64,000 nucleotides of DNA from Smithellaceae bacterium (GTDB taxonomy: Bacteria; Desulfobacterota; Syntrophia; Syntrophales; Smithellaceae). The stretch covers positions 1,056,001 to 1,120,000 of the forward strand of contig CAXXVL010000002.1 of the NCBI GenBank assembly GCA_963667845.2, given 5' to 3'. The stretch's first letter is position 1, and the number at the start of each line of letters is the position of its first letter. The notes under the pieces were generated by a model that saw only the letters and a program-made list of their open reading frames with translations, ran no database searches and was not told the origin of the DNA. This document shows positions 28,549-37,843 of this stretch, piece by piece. The position numbers were made by a program, and so were the translations under genes.

Positions 28549-30240
28549 ATGATAGAAGCAACACCCTCCAACCCCGCACCTACTGATTTTATCCGGGACA
28601 TCATCGATGAAGATTTGAGGACGAACAAACACGCCGGGCGTGTAGCCACCCGTTTTCCGCCGGAGCCGAACGGCTACATTCATATCGGACATGCCAAGTC
28701 GGTTTGCCTCAATTTCGGTCTGGCGATTCAGTATCAGGGGACCTGCAACCTTCGGCTGGATGACACGGACCCCGCGGGTGAGTCCATGGAATTTGTGGAA
28801 TCCATTATCCGCGATGTTCACTGGTTGGGATTTGACTGGGAGGATCGTCTGTTTTATGCCTCCGATTATTTTGAAAAATTGTATGCATTTGCTGTCGAGA
28901 TGATCAAGTCCGGTAGCGCTTACGTGTGCAGCTTAAATCCGGATGAAATGAGGGAGTACCGGGGAACCTTCACCGAGCCGGGTAAGGACAGTCCGGATCG
29001 CGACCGCTCCGTCGTGGAGAATTTGGACCTGTTCGAACGAATGCGGGCCGGTGAATTTGCCGACGGCGCTTATACGCTGCGCGCGAAAATCGACATGGCG
29101 GCACCGAACATTGTCATGCGGGATCCGATCCTCTATCGCATCAAACGCGAACCCCACTATCGGACAGGGACGAAATGGGTCATTTACCCCATGTATGACT
29201 TTGCGCACTGTCTCTCCGATGCTCTTGAAGGTATCACGCATTCTATTTGCACGCTGGAGTTTGAAAACAACCGTCCGCTCTATGACTGGATTGTCGAGCG
29301 GCTGATCCCTGCCAACCGTCCGAAGCAGATTGAATTTGCCCGGCTGAGTGTAAGTTATACCGTGCTCAGCAAGCGCCGGCTTATTGAACTGGTGCAGAAA
29401 GGCTATGTGAACGGCTGGGATGATCCGCGCATGCCCACCGTAACGGGGATGAGACGGCGCGGCTACACACCGGAAGCCATTCGCAAATTCTGCGCCGAGA
29501 TCGGTGTAGCCAAAAATGACAACCTGATTGACGTCGCGCTCCTCGAACACTGCGTCCGCGATGATCTCAATGAACGGTCGCCGCGGGCGATGGGTGTTTT
29601 GCATCCTTTGCGGGTCGTAATCGACAATTACCCGGAGGATCAGGTTGAATCCTTCGAGTGCCAAAATCATCCACAGCGTCCCGAGATGGGTGTAAGGCAG
29701 GTTCCGTTTTCCAAGGTGCTCTATATCGAGCGTGACGATTTCATGGAAGATCCGCCGAAAAAATATCACCGTCTTGGGCCGGGACGCGAAGTCCGCCTCC
29801 GTAACGCTTACATCATAAAATTTGCAAGCATGGTGAAGGACGAGAAAACCGGTGAGGTGATTGAAATCCACTGTACTTACGATCCTGCAACCCGCAATGC
29901 GCCGCCGGCGGACGGGCGCAAGGTGCCGGGCGTGATTCACTGGCTGTCGGTCCAGCATGCGATACCGGCGGAAGTGCGGTTATACGACCGGTTGTTCAGT
30001 ATCGAGGATCCGGGAAGTGAGGAAGATTTTATCAAATATTTAAACCCGAATTCTCTGGAAACCGTGACAACCTGCTATGTCGAGCAAAGCCTGAAGGACG
30101 GCGTTCCGGGAAGCCGGTATCAGTTCGAAAGACTGGGATACTTCTGTGTAGACGAGAAAGATACCAAGGCCGGGCGACCCGTTTTTAATCGCGTTGTGCC
30201 GTTAAGAGATTCTTGGACTAAAATTGCCGAAAGAAAGTAA
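28549..30240 (+). CDS. glnS: Glutamine--tRNA ligase
   Basis: [44 protein letters not shown]. Confidence 0.98.
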   Translation: MIEATPSNPAPTDFIRDIIDEDLRTNKHAGRVATRFPPEPNGYIHIGHAKSVCLNFGLAIQYQGTCNLRLDDTDPAGESMEFVESIIRDVHWLGFDWEDRLFYASDYFEKLYAFAVEMIKSGSAYVCSLNPDEMREYRGTFTEPGKDSPDRDRSVVENLDLFERMRAGEFADGAYTLRAKIDMAAPNIVMRDPILYRIKREPHYRTGTKWVIYPMYDFAHCLSDALEGITHSICTLEFENNRPLYDWIVERLIPANRPKQIEFARLSVSYTVLSKRRLIELVQKGYVNGWDDPRMPTVTGMRRRGYTPEAIRKFCAEIGVAKNDNLIDVALLEHCVRDDLNERSPRAMGVLHPLRVVIDNYPEDQVESFECQNHPQRPEMGVRQVPFSKVLYIERDDFMEDPPKKYHRLGPGREVRLRNAYIIKFASMVKDEKTGEVIEIHCTYDPATRNAPPADGRKVPGVIHWLSVQHAIPAEVRLYDRLFSIEDPGSEEDFIKYLNPNSLETVTTCYVEQSLKDGVPGSRYQFERLGYFCVDEKDTKAGRPVFNRVVPLRDSWTKIAERK

Positions 30241-30280
30241 AGAATAACCTCGGGAAATGGCGGTTTGAGTTGATAATGAT

Positions 30281-30354
30281 TGGCTGGGGAACAAGGATTC
30301 GAACCTTGATTAACGGAGTCAGAGTCCGTCGTCCTACCATTGAACGATTCCCCA
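30281..30354 (-). tRNA. tRNA-Gln (CTG)
   Basis: Reverse complement TGGGGAATCGTTCAATGGTAGGACGACGGACTCTGACTCCGT...GGTTCGAATCC...CCCCAGCCA forms a cloverleaf with encoded CCA. Confidence 0.98.
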
Positions 30355-30526
30355 GTAGGAACTACTATTGAAGAACTCGCACGCAAGATCGATCCGACCT
30401 TCGAGCGGGGGTGACTATAATGCGATTGAATTTATATGTCAATAAAATTTCTTCACGGATATCAACGGATGGCCTGACAACGTTACAATTGGCCGGGTTG
30501 CACTCAGTCGATAAGAGATAGCGTCG

Positions 30527-31555
30527 ATGCGTTACGTCATCTTTGGAAAAACGGGCATGAAAGTTTCCGAGTTGGGATTCGGGGGAATTCCCCTGATCCG
30601 CCTGAATAAGGAGACAGCCCTGAACGTGTTGCGGCGGGCGTATGATCAAGGCATTACTTTCTATGATACAGCCAATATGTATCTGGACAGCGAGGAAAAA
30701 ATCGGGCTGGCTTTTCAGGGAATGCGCGACCGCGTGATCATTGCCTCCAAGTCCCTGAAGCGTGATGCGTCAGGCATGACCGATCACGTTGAGAAAACCC
30801 TTCAGCGGCTTCAGACGGACTATATCGATCTCTATCAGCTGCATCAGGTAGCAAGAGATGCCGATTGGGAAAGCGTTATGGCGCCGGGCGGAGCCATGGA
30901 AGCGCTGCTTCGCGCCAGGGAGCAGGGGAAAGTCCGGCATATCGGCCTCACCTCGCACAGCCTGCAGATGGCCATAAAAGCCGTTAAAACGGACCTATTC
31001 AGTTCCATTCAATTCCCCTTCAATTTTATCGAAATTGCGGCAAAAGACGAACTCTTTAAAATAGCGAGCGAAAAGAACATCGGTATTCTGGCGATGAAGC
31101 CCTTTGCCGGCGGGATGATCGACAATGCCGATATCGCTTTCAAGTTTTTGCGGCAGTATCCCGTCGTCATCCCCATTCCGGGCTTTGATTCCATAGAAGC
31201 AGTTGATCAGGTTGCGTCCTTCTATGGCAATGAGAACCGGGTCACTCAAAGCGATCTCGATCTGATGGAGCGGTACAGGACTGAGTTGGGCAAGCAGTTC
31301 TGCCGCCGCTGCGAATATTGCATGCCTTGTCCAAATGGCGTGATGATCACCCCGGCCATGGGATACCGCGTCATTGCCAGCCGGATGTCGCCTGCTGTTG
31401 CCGTCCAGTTTTCCCGTTTGCCCATGGAAAGTATCCTGAAGTGCGATGCCTGCGGCGCCTGCGTGGAAAAGTGCCCCTATGAGTTGCCCATTCCGGATCT
31501 GCTGAAGTCGTTTTATGATCTTTATGAACAGCACCGCAAGGGGAACCGCCCGTGA
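30527..31555 (+). CDS. Aldo/keto reductase with C-terminal 4Fe-4S dicluster
   Basis: GFGGIP, YDTANMY, DYIDLYQLH, AMKPFAGG; CRRCEYCMPCP and CDACGACVEKCP. Confidence 0.93.
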   Translation: MRYVIFGKTGMKVSELGFGGIPLIRLNKETALNVLRRAYDQGITFYDTANMYLDSEEKIGLAFQGMRDRVIIASKSLKRDASGMTDHVEKTLQRLQTDYIDLYQLHQVARDADWESVMAPGGAMEALLRAREQGKVRHIGLTSHSLQMAIKAVKTDLFSSIQFPFNFIEIAAKDELFKIASEKNIGILAMKPFAGGMIDNADIAFKFLRQYPVVIPIPGFDSIEAVDQVASFYGNENRVTQSDLDLMERYRTELGKQFCRRCEYCMPCPNGVMITPAMGYRVIASRMSPAVAVQFSRLPMESILKCDACGACVEKCPYELPIPDLLKSFYDLYEQHRKGNRP

Positions 31556-31657
31556 GTGCTCCGGAGTTGAAAGATTTCGAAATCTGCCCAGGCAAAAAAG
31601 GGCACGCGGGCTTTAAATTGCTTTGTCATAGAGTAAAATCCTCAGTGGAGCGATACG

Positions 31658-32398
31658 ATGAGAGCGTTGTTTAAATCAATTTTTTTTGTCTGGATTATCC
31701 TATGGGCGGCCATAGCAACCCTTGTCCTGGCTGTCCCCATCATCGTCGCGGGTCTTTTCAGCCGCACCGGCAATTTCGCATTCTCCCTGTCGAAACTCTG
31801 GGCCTACACCATGCTGGCTGTCTCTTTCGTTCGGACGGAAATAAAGAACAAAGAAAAAATTCATGAAGGAACGTCGTATATTATTATTTCCAACCACCAA
31901 TCGCTTTACGATATCATTGCGCTGGTCACCAGGCTCGGCATTCAATACCGCTGGTTTATCAAAAAAGAAGTCCTCAAAATTCCGCTTTTCGGCTACGGGT
32001 TATATGCCTCACGGAACATCTTCATCGACCGCTCCAATACTGCTAAAGCGATCGAGAGCATCAACAAAGGCATCGATCGACTTCCCAGGGGAGTAAGTAT
32101 CATGGTGTTTGCCGAAGGCACCCGGTCGCCGGACGGACAAATCCAAGAATTCAAAAAAGGGGGGTTCGTTACGGCCGTCCGGCGGAACATCCCCATCCTG
32201 CCTGTCACCGTTAATGGAAGCCGGCGCGTCCTGCCCAAAAAAAGTCTTGCCGTGAGCCCGGGAAAAATCCAGGTTGTCATCGGTGACCCGATCGATACCG
32301 GCGGATACACGGCTGATAATGTTCAGGTGCTCATCGACAAGACCCGCGATGCCGTCATCGCCAATTTCGATCCGGGTTACACAGGTAACGAGTGCTGA
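31658..32398 (+). CDS. plsC: 1-acyl-sn-glycerol-3-phosphate acyltransferase (PlsC family)
   Basis: NHQSLYD, FIDR, FAEGTRS, FKKGGF, PILPV. Confidence 0.88.
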   Translation: MRALFKSIFFVWIILWAAIATLVLAVPIIVAGLFSRTGNFAFSLSKLWAYTMLAVSFVRTEIKNKEKIHEGTSYIIISNHQSLYDIIALVTRLGIQYRWFIKKEVLKIPLFGYGLYASRNIFIDRSNTAKAIESINKGIDRLPRGVSIMVFAEGTRSPDGQIQEFKKGGFVTAVRRNIPILPVTVNGSRRVLPKKSLAVSPGKIQVVIGDPIDTGGYTADNVQVLIDKTRDAVIANFDPGYTGNEC

Positions 32399-32608
32399 AA
32401 CAAAAGCGCCACTTTTTTCGCTGCGGTCTGGCAGTTGCCGAGGGTAAAGTGGCGTCCTGTTTGCAATAAACCGCGGCGAAGAGAAATATTGGTCAATGTC
32501 GGTATTGGCCGGTTTACTGGCATTGAGGCCTTGACGTATCCACTATTTCACCAACCTCTCTTATTCCTCATCATACCTGTTTAGGTTTAAACATATCTGT
32601 CAAATCCC

Positions 32609-32637
32609 TTGACTTAGTCACCGAATATTTCTATTCT
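32609..32637 (+). promoter_or_regulatory. Sigma-70-type promoter for the acyl-CoA ligase, overlapped by a short palindrome
   Basis: TTGACT-17 nt-TATTCT; TGACTTAGTCA palindrome overlaps the -35. Confidence 0.55.
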
Positions 32638-32854
32638 GTCGCCCAGAAAAAGAATGCATATCAGACGAAAGTTAACTATCCTTGGAACACGATTCATAGT
32701 GTTTTACAGAACCTGCGGAATCGAAGTTATTTCAAGAAGCAGCGTTTTCAATAGTTTTACAGACAAAACCATCAAACCAGTAACCGGGCCGCTATGGGCC
32801 ATCGTTGAACTTCAAGTCCATTCAAACAAATGACGAAAGGGAAGGGAGAGGATT

Positions 32855-34681
32855 ATGGCGATCTTTGAATACGGAGAATACAGTAATGTTTGTGAACCCC
32901 CGGACAATTTGGTGGATATCTTTGAACACAGCGTTGCCCGCTATACGAACAATCTTCTGATCGGTGAGAAGGACAGCGCCGGGGTGTATCAATGGGTCAC
33001 CTACGGCCAGATCGCCGGCCGCGTGAATAATCTGCGCGCGGGATTGGCGGCAATCGGAGTAAAGGCCGGAGACACGGTCGGGATCATCGCCAATAACAGG
33101 AAGGAATGGTTGATTGGAGAAATCGCCACCCAGGGCTTGGGCGCCGCCTATGTGCCGATGTATGAAAAAGAACTGGTGTCGATGTGGAAGTACATTATCC
33201 AGGATGCCGAGATCAAAATTTTGTTTGTTTCCAAGCCGGAGATTATGGAGAAGGTCAAAGATTTCCCTTCCGAAATCCCCAGTCTCAAGCAGATCTACCT
33301 GATCGAAGGAACGGGCGAAAGCACCATGGCCGCCCTGGAGAGTAAAGGTGCGCAAAACCCCGTGCCTGTCCGAAAGCCAAAGCATTCCGAAGTTGCGGTT
33401 CTGATTTATACGTCCGGCACCACCGGCGAACCCAAAGGCGTCCTTCTTTCTCATGGCAATCTGGCCGAAAACGTTAAGGCCGGTTTGGCCTGGTTTCCCA
33501 ATCTGACCGAAAAGAGCCGCTGCATCTCCATGCTTCCCTGGGCGCACTCATTCGGGATTACGGCTGATTTGCATGCTTTTATCCTGAGGGGCGGTTCTAT
33601 CGGCATTATGGGCTCGGTAGAGACGTTGATTGATGATTTGCCCAAAATCTGTCCCTCGTTTATGACCACCGTGCCCCGGATCTTCAACAAGGTCTATAAT
33701 GGTGTCTGGGCTAAGATGAGGGAAGAAGGCGGCTTGAAATTGAAGCTCTTTGAAGCAGCGATTGCCGCCGCGAAGCGCAAACGGGAAACCGGTAAAGACA
33801 GTTTGAAACACAAAATCCTGGATAAAATCGTTTTGTCCAAGATCCGAGCCCGCTTTGGCGGCTGTCTGGATAATGCGGTCACCGGCAGTGCTCCCATGAA
33901 TGTGGACATCGCCAAGTTCTTTATCGATGTCGGGATACCCACGTATGATGCCTATGGTTTGAGTGAAACGTCTCCGGCCATCACCATTAATTCCCCGCTG
34001 ATGGGGAATCATCTGGGCTCGGTCGGGAAACCGATCAATAAAACCAAAGTGGTGATTGATCGTTCGCGGACAGGCCAGGATGGCGACGATGGCGAGATCC
34101 TTTGCTTCGGGCCGCAGTGCATGATCGGCTATCACAAAAAACCGGAAAAGACCCAGGAAGTAATTGTGGAAATGAACGGCATGCGGGGCGTGCGAACGGG
34201 TGATCGGGGACGTCTGGATGATGACGGGTTTTTATACATCACCGGTCGGTTCAAGGAAGAATATAAACTGGCCAATGGCAAATATATTCATCCGGAGACC
34301 ATCGAACTGGAAATGAAGATCCTGCCCTGGGTTCTCAACGCCGTGGTGGCGGGGGCGGGACATGAATACAATGTGGGCTTAATTGTTCCCGATATGCAAT
34401 TGCTGAAGCATCTGGCCGTCGAATTGAAATTGTCCGTCGAACCGAAGGACCTTTTTGATCCGGCCAATCCCGCAGGCCGGAAATTCAAAGACCTGCTCAC
34501 CGCAGAAGTCCAGAACCACCTCCGGAAATCCATCGGCTCCTATGAAATTCCGCGCAAATTCGATTTTATCCTGGAAGATTTTACGCTGGACAACGGCATG
34601 CTTACCCAGACCATGAAACTGAAACGCGGCGTGGTCATGGAAAAATACGGTGATATGCTCAATAACCTTTATAAGGAATAA
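32855..34681 (+). CDS. Long-chain fatty acid--CoA ligase (AMP-dependent synthetase)
   Basis: IYTSGTTGEPKGV, YGLSETSP, RTGDRG, ITGRFKE, LTQTMKLKR. Confidence 0.93.
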   Translation: MAIFEYGEYSNVCEPPDNLVDIFEHSVARYTNNLLIGEKDSAGVYQWVTYGQIAGRVNNLRAGLAAIGVKAGDTVGIIANNRKEWLIGEIATQGLGAAYVPMYEKELVSMWKYIIQDAEIKILFVSKPEIMEKVKDFPSEIPSLKQIYLIEGTGESTMAALESKGAQNPVPVRKPKHSEVAVLIYTSGTTGEPKGVLLSHGNLAENVKAGLAWFPNLTEKSRCISMLPWAHSFGITADLHAFILRGGSIGIMGSVETLIDDLPKICPSFMTTVPRIFNKVYNGVWAKMREEGGLKLKLFEAAIAAAKRKRETGKDSLKHKILDKIVLSKIRARFGGCLDNAVTGSAPMNVDIAKFFIDVGIPTYDAYGLSETSPAITINSPLMGNHLGSVGKPINKTKVVIDRSRTGQDGDDGEILCFGPQCMIGYHKKPEKTQEVIVEMNGMRGVRTGDRGRLDDDGFLYITGRFKEEYKLANGKYIHPETIELEMKILPWVLNAVVAGAGHEYNVGLIVPDMQLLKHLAVELKLSVEPKDLFDPANPAGRKFKDLLTAEVQNHLRKSIGSYEIPRKFDFILEDFTLDNGMLTQTMKLKRGVVMEKYGDMLNNLYKE

Positions 34682-34688
34682 ACATCAT

Positions 34689-34722
34689 GCAAGGAGGAGG
34701 GACATCCGTTCCTCCTCCTTGC
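34689..34722. terminator. Strong hairpin between convergent genes
   Basis: GCAAGGAGGAGGGAC/GTTCCTCCTCCTTGC; U-tracts are weak. Confidence 0.6.
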
Positions 34723-34775
34723 CTCGATTGGTTCTTCAGTCAACCGCCGCGAATTGATGAATGTTCGGGGAGTGC

Positions 34776-35678
34776 TCATTCGTCCTTCTTATAGTATCCC
34801 GCCCATTTCGAATCAATCTGCTGCTGAATTTCCGCGATCTGCGTTTCGGTTAAGACCTTGAAGCGCGATTGGGCGCGGAAGTATTCACGCACCGGCACCA
34901 GCTTACGCTTTTCAACAAGCTTTTCCGATGCTGCCGTCAGCCTGAACTCGCCGTTCACAATCTCGTAGAGGTCGTAGTATCCGGTTTCCACCGCGAGCCG
35001 GCCGATCTTAATGCCGTAGCGCGGGTCGTAGCCCCAGCCCGGAGGGCAGGGGATATGAATATGGAAATACTTGGTGCCCGGCATATCCTTGCACTTGATG
35101 ATCTTATCATAGAGGTCCAGCGGATAGGCTGCGGAGCAGGCCGCAACATAACTCAAATGGTGTGCCGCCATGATGGCCGGGACATCTTTCTTCTGCTGCA
35201 GTTTTCCCTTGAAGGGCGTGTTGGCTGTAATGGCGCCGATCGGGGTTGTGCCCGAGCGCTGCACGCCGGTGTTCATGTAGCCTTCGTTGTCGTAACAGAA
35301 ATAAATGAAATTGTCGCCGCGCTCTGCCGCGCCCGACAGGGCCTGCAAGCCGATGTCGCTGGTTCCGCCGTCGCCCGCCCAGCCGGCAACTTTGATATGT
35401 GTTTTGCCCTGGGATTTCAGCGTGGCCAGGATTCCGGTAGCGGCGGCAGCCGTTGAAGCAAAAGTCACATTCAGGCAGGCTAGTTTGGTGGAGGCAACGG
35501 GGAACAGCCCCTGTAAGACGGTCAGACAACTCGGGGGAACGACCAGCATCGTATCTCTGCCCAGAGCTTTGAGACCAACCCTGTAGGCGATAGCCAGGCC
35601 GCAGCCCGTGCAGGCGCGCGTTCCCGGATGAACAAATTCTTCCGTCGGCAAACTTAAAATAGTGGTTTTAGACTGCAT
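34776..35678 (-). CDS. porB: 2-oxoacid:ferredoxin oxidoreductase beta subunit (set 1)
   Basis: ACTGCG, GDGGTSDIG...YDNEGYMNTGVQRS TPP motif, PCPPGW. Confidence 0.9.
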   Translation of the reverse strand: MQSKTTILSLPTEEFVHPGTRACTGCGLAIAYRVGLKALGRDTMLVVPPSCLTVLQGLFPVASTKLACLNVTFASTAAAATGILATLKSQGKTHIKVAGWAGDGGTSDIGLQALSGAAERGDNFIYFCYDNEGYMNTGVQRSGTTPIGAITANTPFKGKLQQKKDVPAIMAAHHLSYVAACSAAYPLDLYDKIIKCKDMPGTKYFHIHIPCPPGWGYDPRYGIKIGRLAVETGYYDLYEIVNGEFRLTAASEKLVEKRKLVPVREYFRAQSRFKVLTETQIAEIQQQIDSKWAGYYKKDE

Positions 35679-35688
35679 TGAAAATCTC

Positions 35689-36888
35689 CTAAAGCTTAAG
35701 CCCGATCCATGTGGGCTCTTTGGAAACGCGGCCCTGGGTTGCAGCTTTTAATGCTTGCGTTAACTCGTCGGTGCGGATTTCGCGTCCACCGATCCCGGCG
35801 ATATAATTTTGAACCGGCGGCAGTGAGCCTGTGCCGGCCAGATGTTCATAAAGCGCTGCCTTTAAATCCGATACCAGAGCGCCCTCATAGCCGTAACTGA
35901 GCGCCTTTTCAAAAACGATGACGCCTTTCTTGCCTTTCAGGGCCATGGCAATAGCCTGGTCCGGGAATGGCCGGTAGAACCGAACACCCATGACGCCGAC
36001 CTTGATGCCTTCATTTCTTAGCTCATCCACGGAAACCCTCAGTTGATAGGTGATGGAACCCAAGCCCGCGGCGATGTAATCGGCATCGTCACAGCGGTAC
36101 GGTTCTATGTAAGGATCGCCGCTCCGGCCGAAGACATCGGCAAATCGCTTTTCCGCATCCGCTGCGACGTCCAGCGTCTTTCGTAAATCTTCATGAAGGA
36201 GATACCGGATTTCCATGTAACCGTGAGCCAGTTCGCCTTTAACATCCAGCCTCACATCCGGCAGGGTGACGGTATTGAGGTTGGCCGGTTCATCGGGATT
36301 CAGAAAATATTCCGGCTGGAAGGGCGGCAGGAAGGCATCGACCTTTTCCTGATCCGGCAGATCGAAAGGCATGAACGTATGCGACAGGATATATCCGTCA
36401 TAACAGACCATGATCGGGATGCTGACTTTTTCCGCAAGCCAATAAGCCTTGATCACGGTATCGATGATCTGCTGGTGATCGGAGCAATAAATCTGTATCC
36501 AGCCTGTATCACGCTGAGAAATGGAATCCTGCTGGTCGTTCCAGACATTCCAGGGGGCGCCGACTGCCCGGTTCACCACGCACATAACGATGGGAAGCCT
36601 CGCGCCCGATGCCCATTGGACTTGCTCATGCATGTAAAGCAGACCATTGGCGCTGGTGGCGGTGAAAACCCTGGCACCCGCGGAGGATGCCGCAATGCAG
36701 ACCGCCAGTGCGGAGTGCTCACTTTCAACAGGAATATATTCGGCCTTCATCTCGCCTGATTCCACATACTCGGATAATTTTTCCGTAAGCGGTGTCTGGG
36801 GGGTAATGGGGTAAGCCGCGATGACACTGGCCCGGCAAAGCTTGACGCCTAATGCTGCTGCTGCGTTTCCGTCTTCAATGATGTGCAT
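35689..36888 (-). CDS. porA: 2-oxoacid:ferredoxin oxidoreductase alpha subunit (set 1)
   Basis: AYPITPQT, ESEHSA, TATSANGL, NRA, RPFP, GGRE. Confidence 0.9.
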   Translation of the reverse strand: MHIIEDGNAAAALGVKLCRASVIAAYPITPQTPLTEKLSEYVESGEMKAEYIPVESEHSALAVCIAASSAGARVFTATSANGLLYMHEQVQWASGARLPIVMCVVNRAVGAPWNVWNDQQDSISQRDTGWIQIYCSDHQQIIDTVIKAYWLAEKVSIPIMVCYDGYILSHTFMPFDLPDQEKVDAFLPPFQPEYFLNPDEPANLNTVTLPDVRLDVKGELAHGYMEIRYLLHEDLRKTLDVAADAEKRFADVFGRSGDPYIEPYRCDDADYIAAGLGSITYQLRVSVDELRNEGIKVGVMGVRFYRPFPDQAIAMALKGKKGVIVFEKALSYGYEGALVSDLKAALYEHLAGTGSLPPVQNYIAGIGGREIRTDELTQALKAATQGRVSKEPTWIGLKL

Positions 36889-36893
36889 GGCGT

Positions 36894-37214
36894 CTACTCC
36901 TTATCCTTTTCTTCTTCCGCGAATTTCGCTTCATCCACCATCGTGATCGCCTTCGTGGGACATTCTTCGGCGCAGATGCCGCAGCCCTTGCAGTATTCCA
37001 GGTTAACCGTCGGCGGAATCGTCCGGGAGATCACGACTTCCGGACAAAACAGCCAGCAGATGAAGCAGGATTCTTTATTTCTTTTGCAGGGGATGCAGAG
37101 ACTCCGATCAAAGACCGGCCGCTCAACTCTCCATGAGCCTGTTCTGCCGCCGTCCCCGGGCCCGTGCTCACTGTGTGATGTTTTTCTTCTGTAATTTCTG
37201 GTACCCATTTTCAT
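36894..37214 (-). CDS. porD: 2-oxoacid:ferredoxin oxidoreductase delta subunit (set 1)
   Basis: TGSWRVERP, CFICWLFCPE, YCKGCGICAEECP. Confidence 0.9.
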   Translation of the reverse strand: MKMGTRNYRRKTSHSEHGPGDGGRTGSWRVERPVFDRSLCIPCKRNKESCFICWLFCPEVVISRTIPPTVNLEYCKGCGICAEECPTKAITMVDEAKFAEEEKDKE

Positions 37215-37771
37215 CCTCCCGCCACCGTTCGTTCATAGGCAATTTTGGCCGCCAATGAATTCTTTTCCGGCTTGCGTGTTCTGAATTCCTCTTCTATGCC
37301 TTTGATCAGCGTATCGATGCCCAGGAGGTTTGTCGCTTTTTCCAGCGACCCGATAATCCCGGTGTTCACCATCCCGTGAGGAAGACCCGCTTCCACTGAA
37401 ATAGCGGTAATGTCAGCGGTGGCCAGCTTAAAATCTTTGAAGTGATAGAATTCAAACGCCATGGGTGTGTTCAAAACGATAATTCCTCCGGGTTTGAGGC
37501 CATGAGTGACATCCGCTTCCTTAAGCAGCAGATGGTCGAGGACGACGACGATATCCGGCGTTTCGATCGGCGTCAAATCATAGATCTTTGTTTTTGAGAT
37601 CTTCAGAGATGTCATGACCGGCGCGCCCCTGCGCTCCGTCCCGAAAGTCGGCGCCATGACCACACCCGGATAACCGGAGACGAACGCCGCTCCGGCAACA
37701 ATCTTGGCCGCCGTGATGGCGCCTTGACCGCCGCGTCCGTGCCAGCGGATTTCAATGTAATCTTTGCTCAT
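37211..37771 (-). CDS. porC: 2-oxoacid:ferredoxin oxidoreductase gamma subunit (set 1)
   Basis: EIRWHGRGGQGA, FGTERRGAPV. Confidence 0.9.
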   Translation of the reverse strand: MSKDYIEIRWHGRGGQGAITAAKIVAGAAFVSGYPGVVMAPTFGTERRGAPVMTSLKISKTKIYDLTPIETPDIVVVLDHLLLKEADVTHGLKPGGIIVLNTPMAFEFYHFKDFKLATADITAISVEAGLPHGMVNTGIIGSLEKATNLLGIDTLIKGIEEEFRTRKPEKNSLAAKIAYERTVAGG

Positions 37772-37787
37772 AAGAACTCCAGGTATT

Positions 37788-37819
37788 TAGGCTATAGACT
37801 ATAGACGATGGGCTATAGG
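37788..37819. repeat. Short heptamer tandem repeat (CTATAG[A/G] units)
   Basis: TAGGCTATAGACTATAGACGATGGGCTATAGG; same family as 25846-25934. Confidence 0.5.
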
Positions 37820-37843
37820 AATAGCAGATAATATTTTTAACCG

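Noticed and set aside
28933..29958. 341-aa - strand ORF
   Set aside because: Antisense to glnS.
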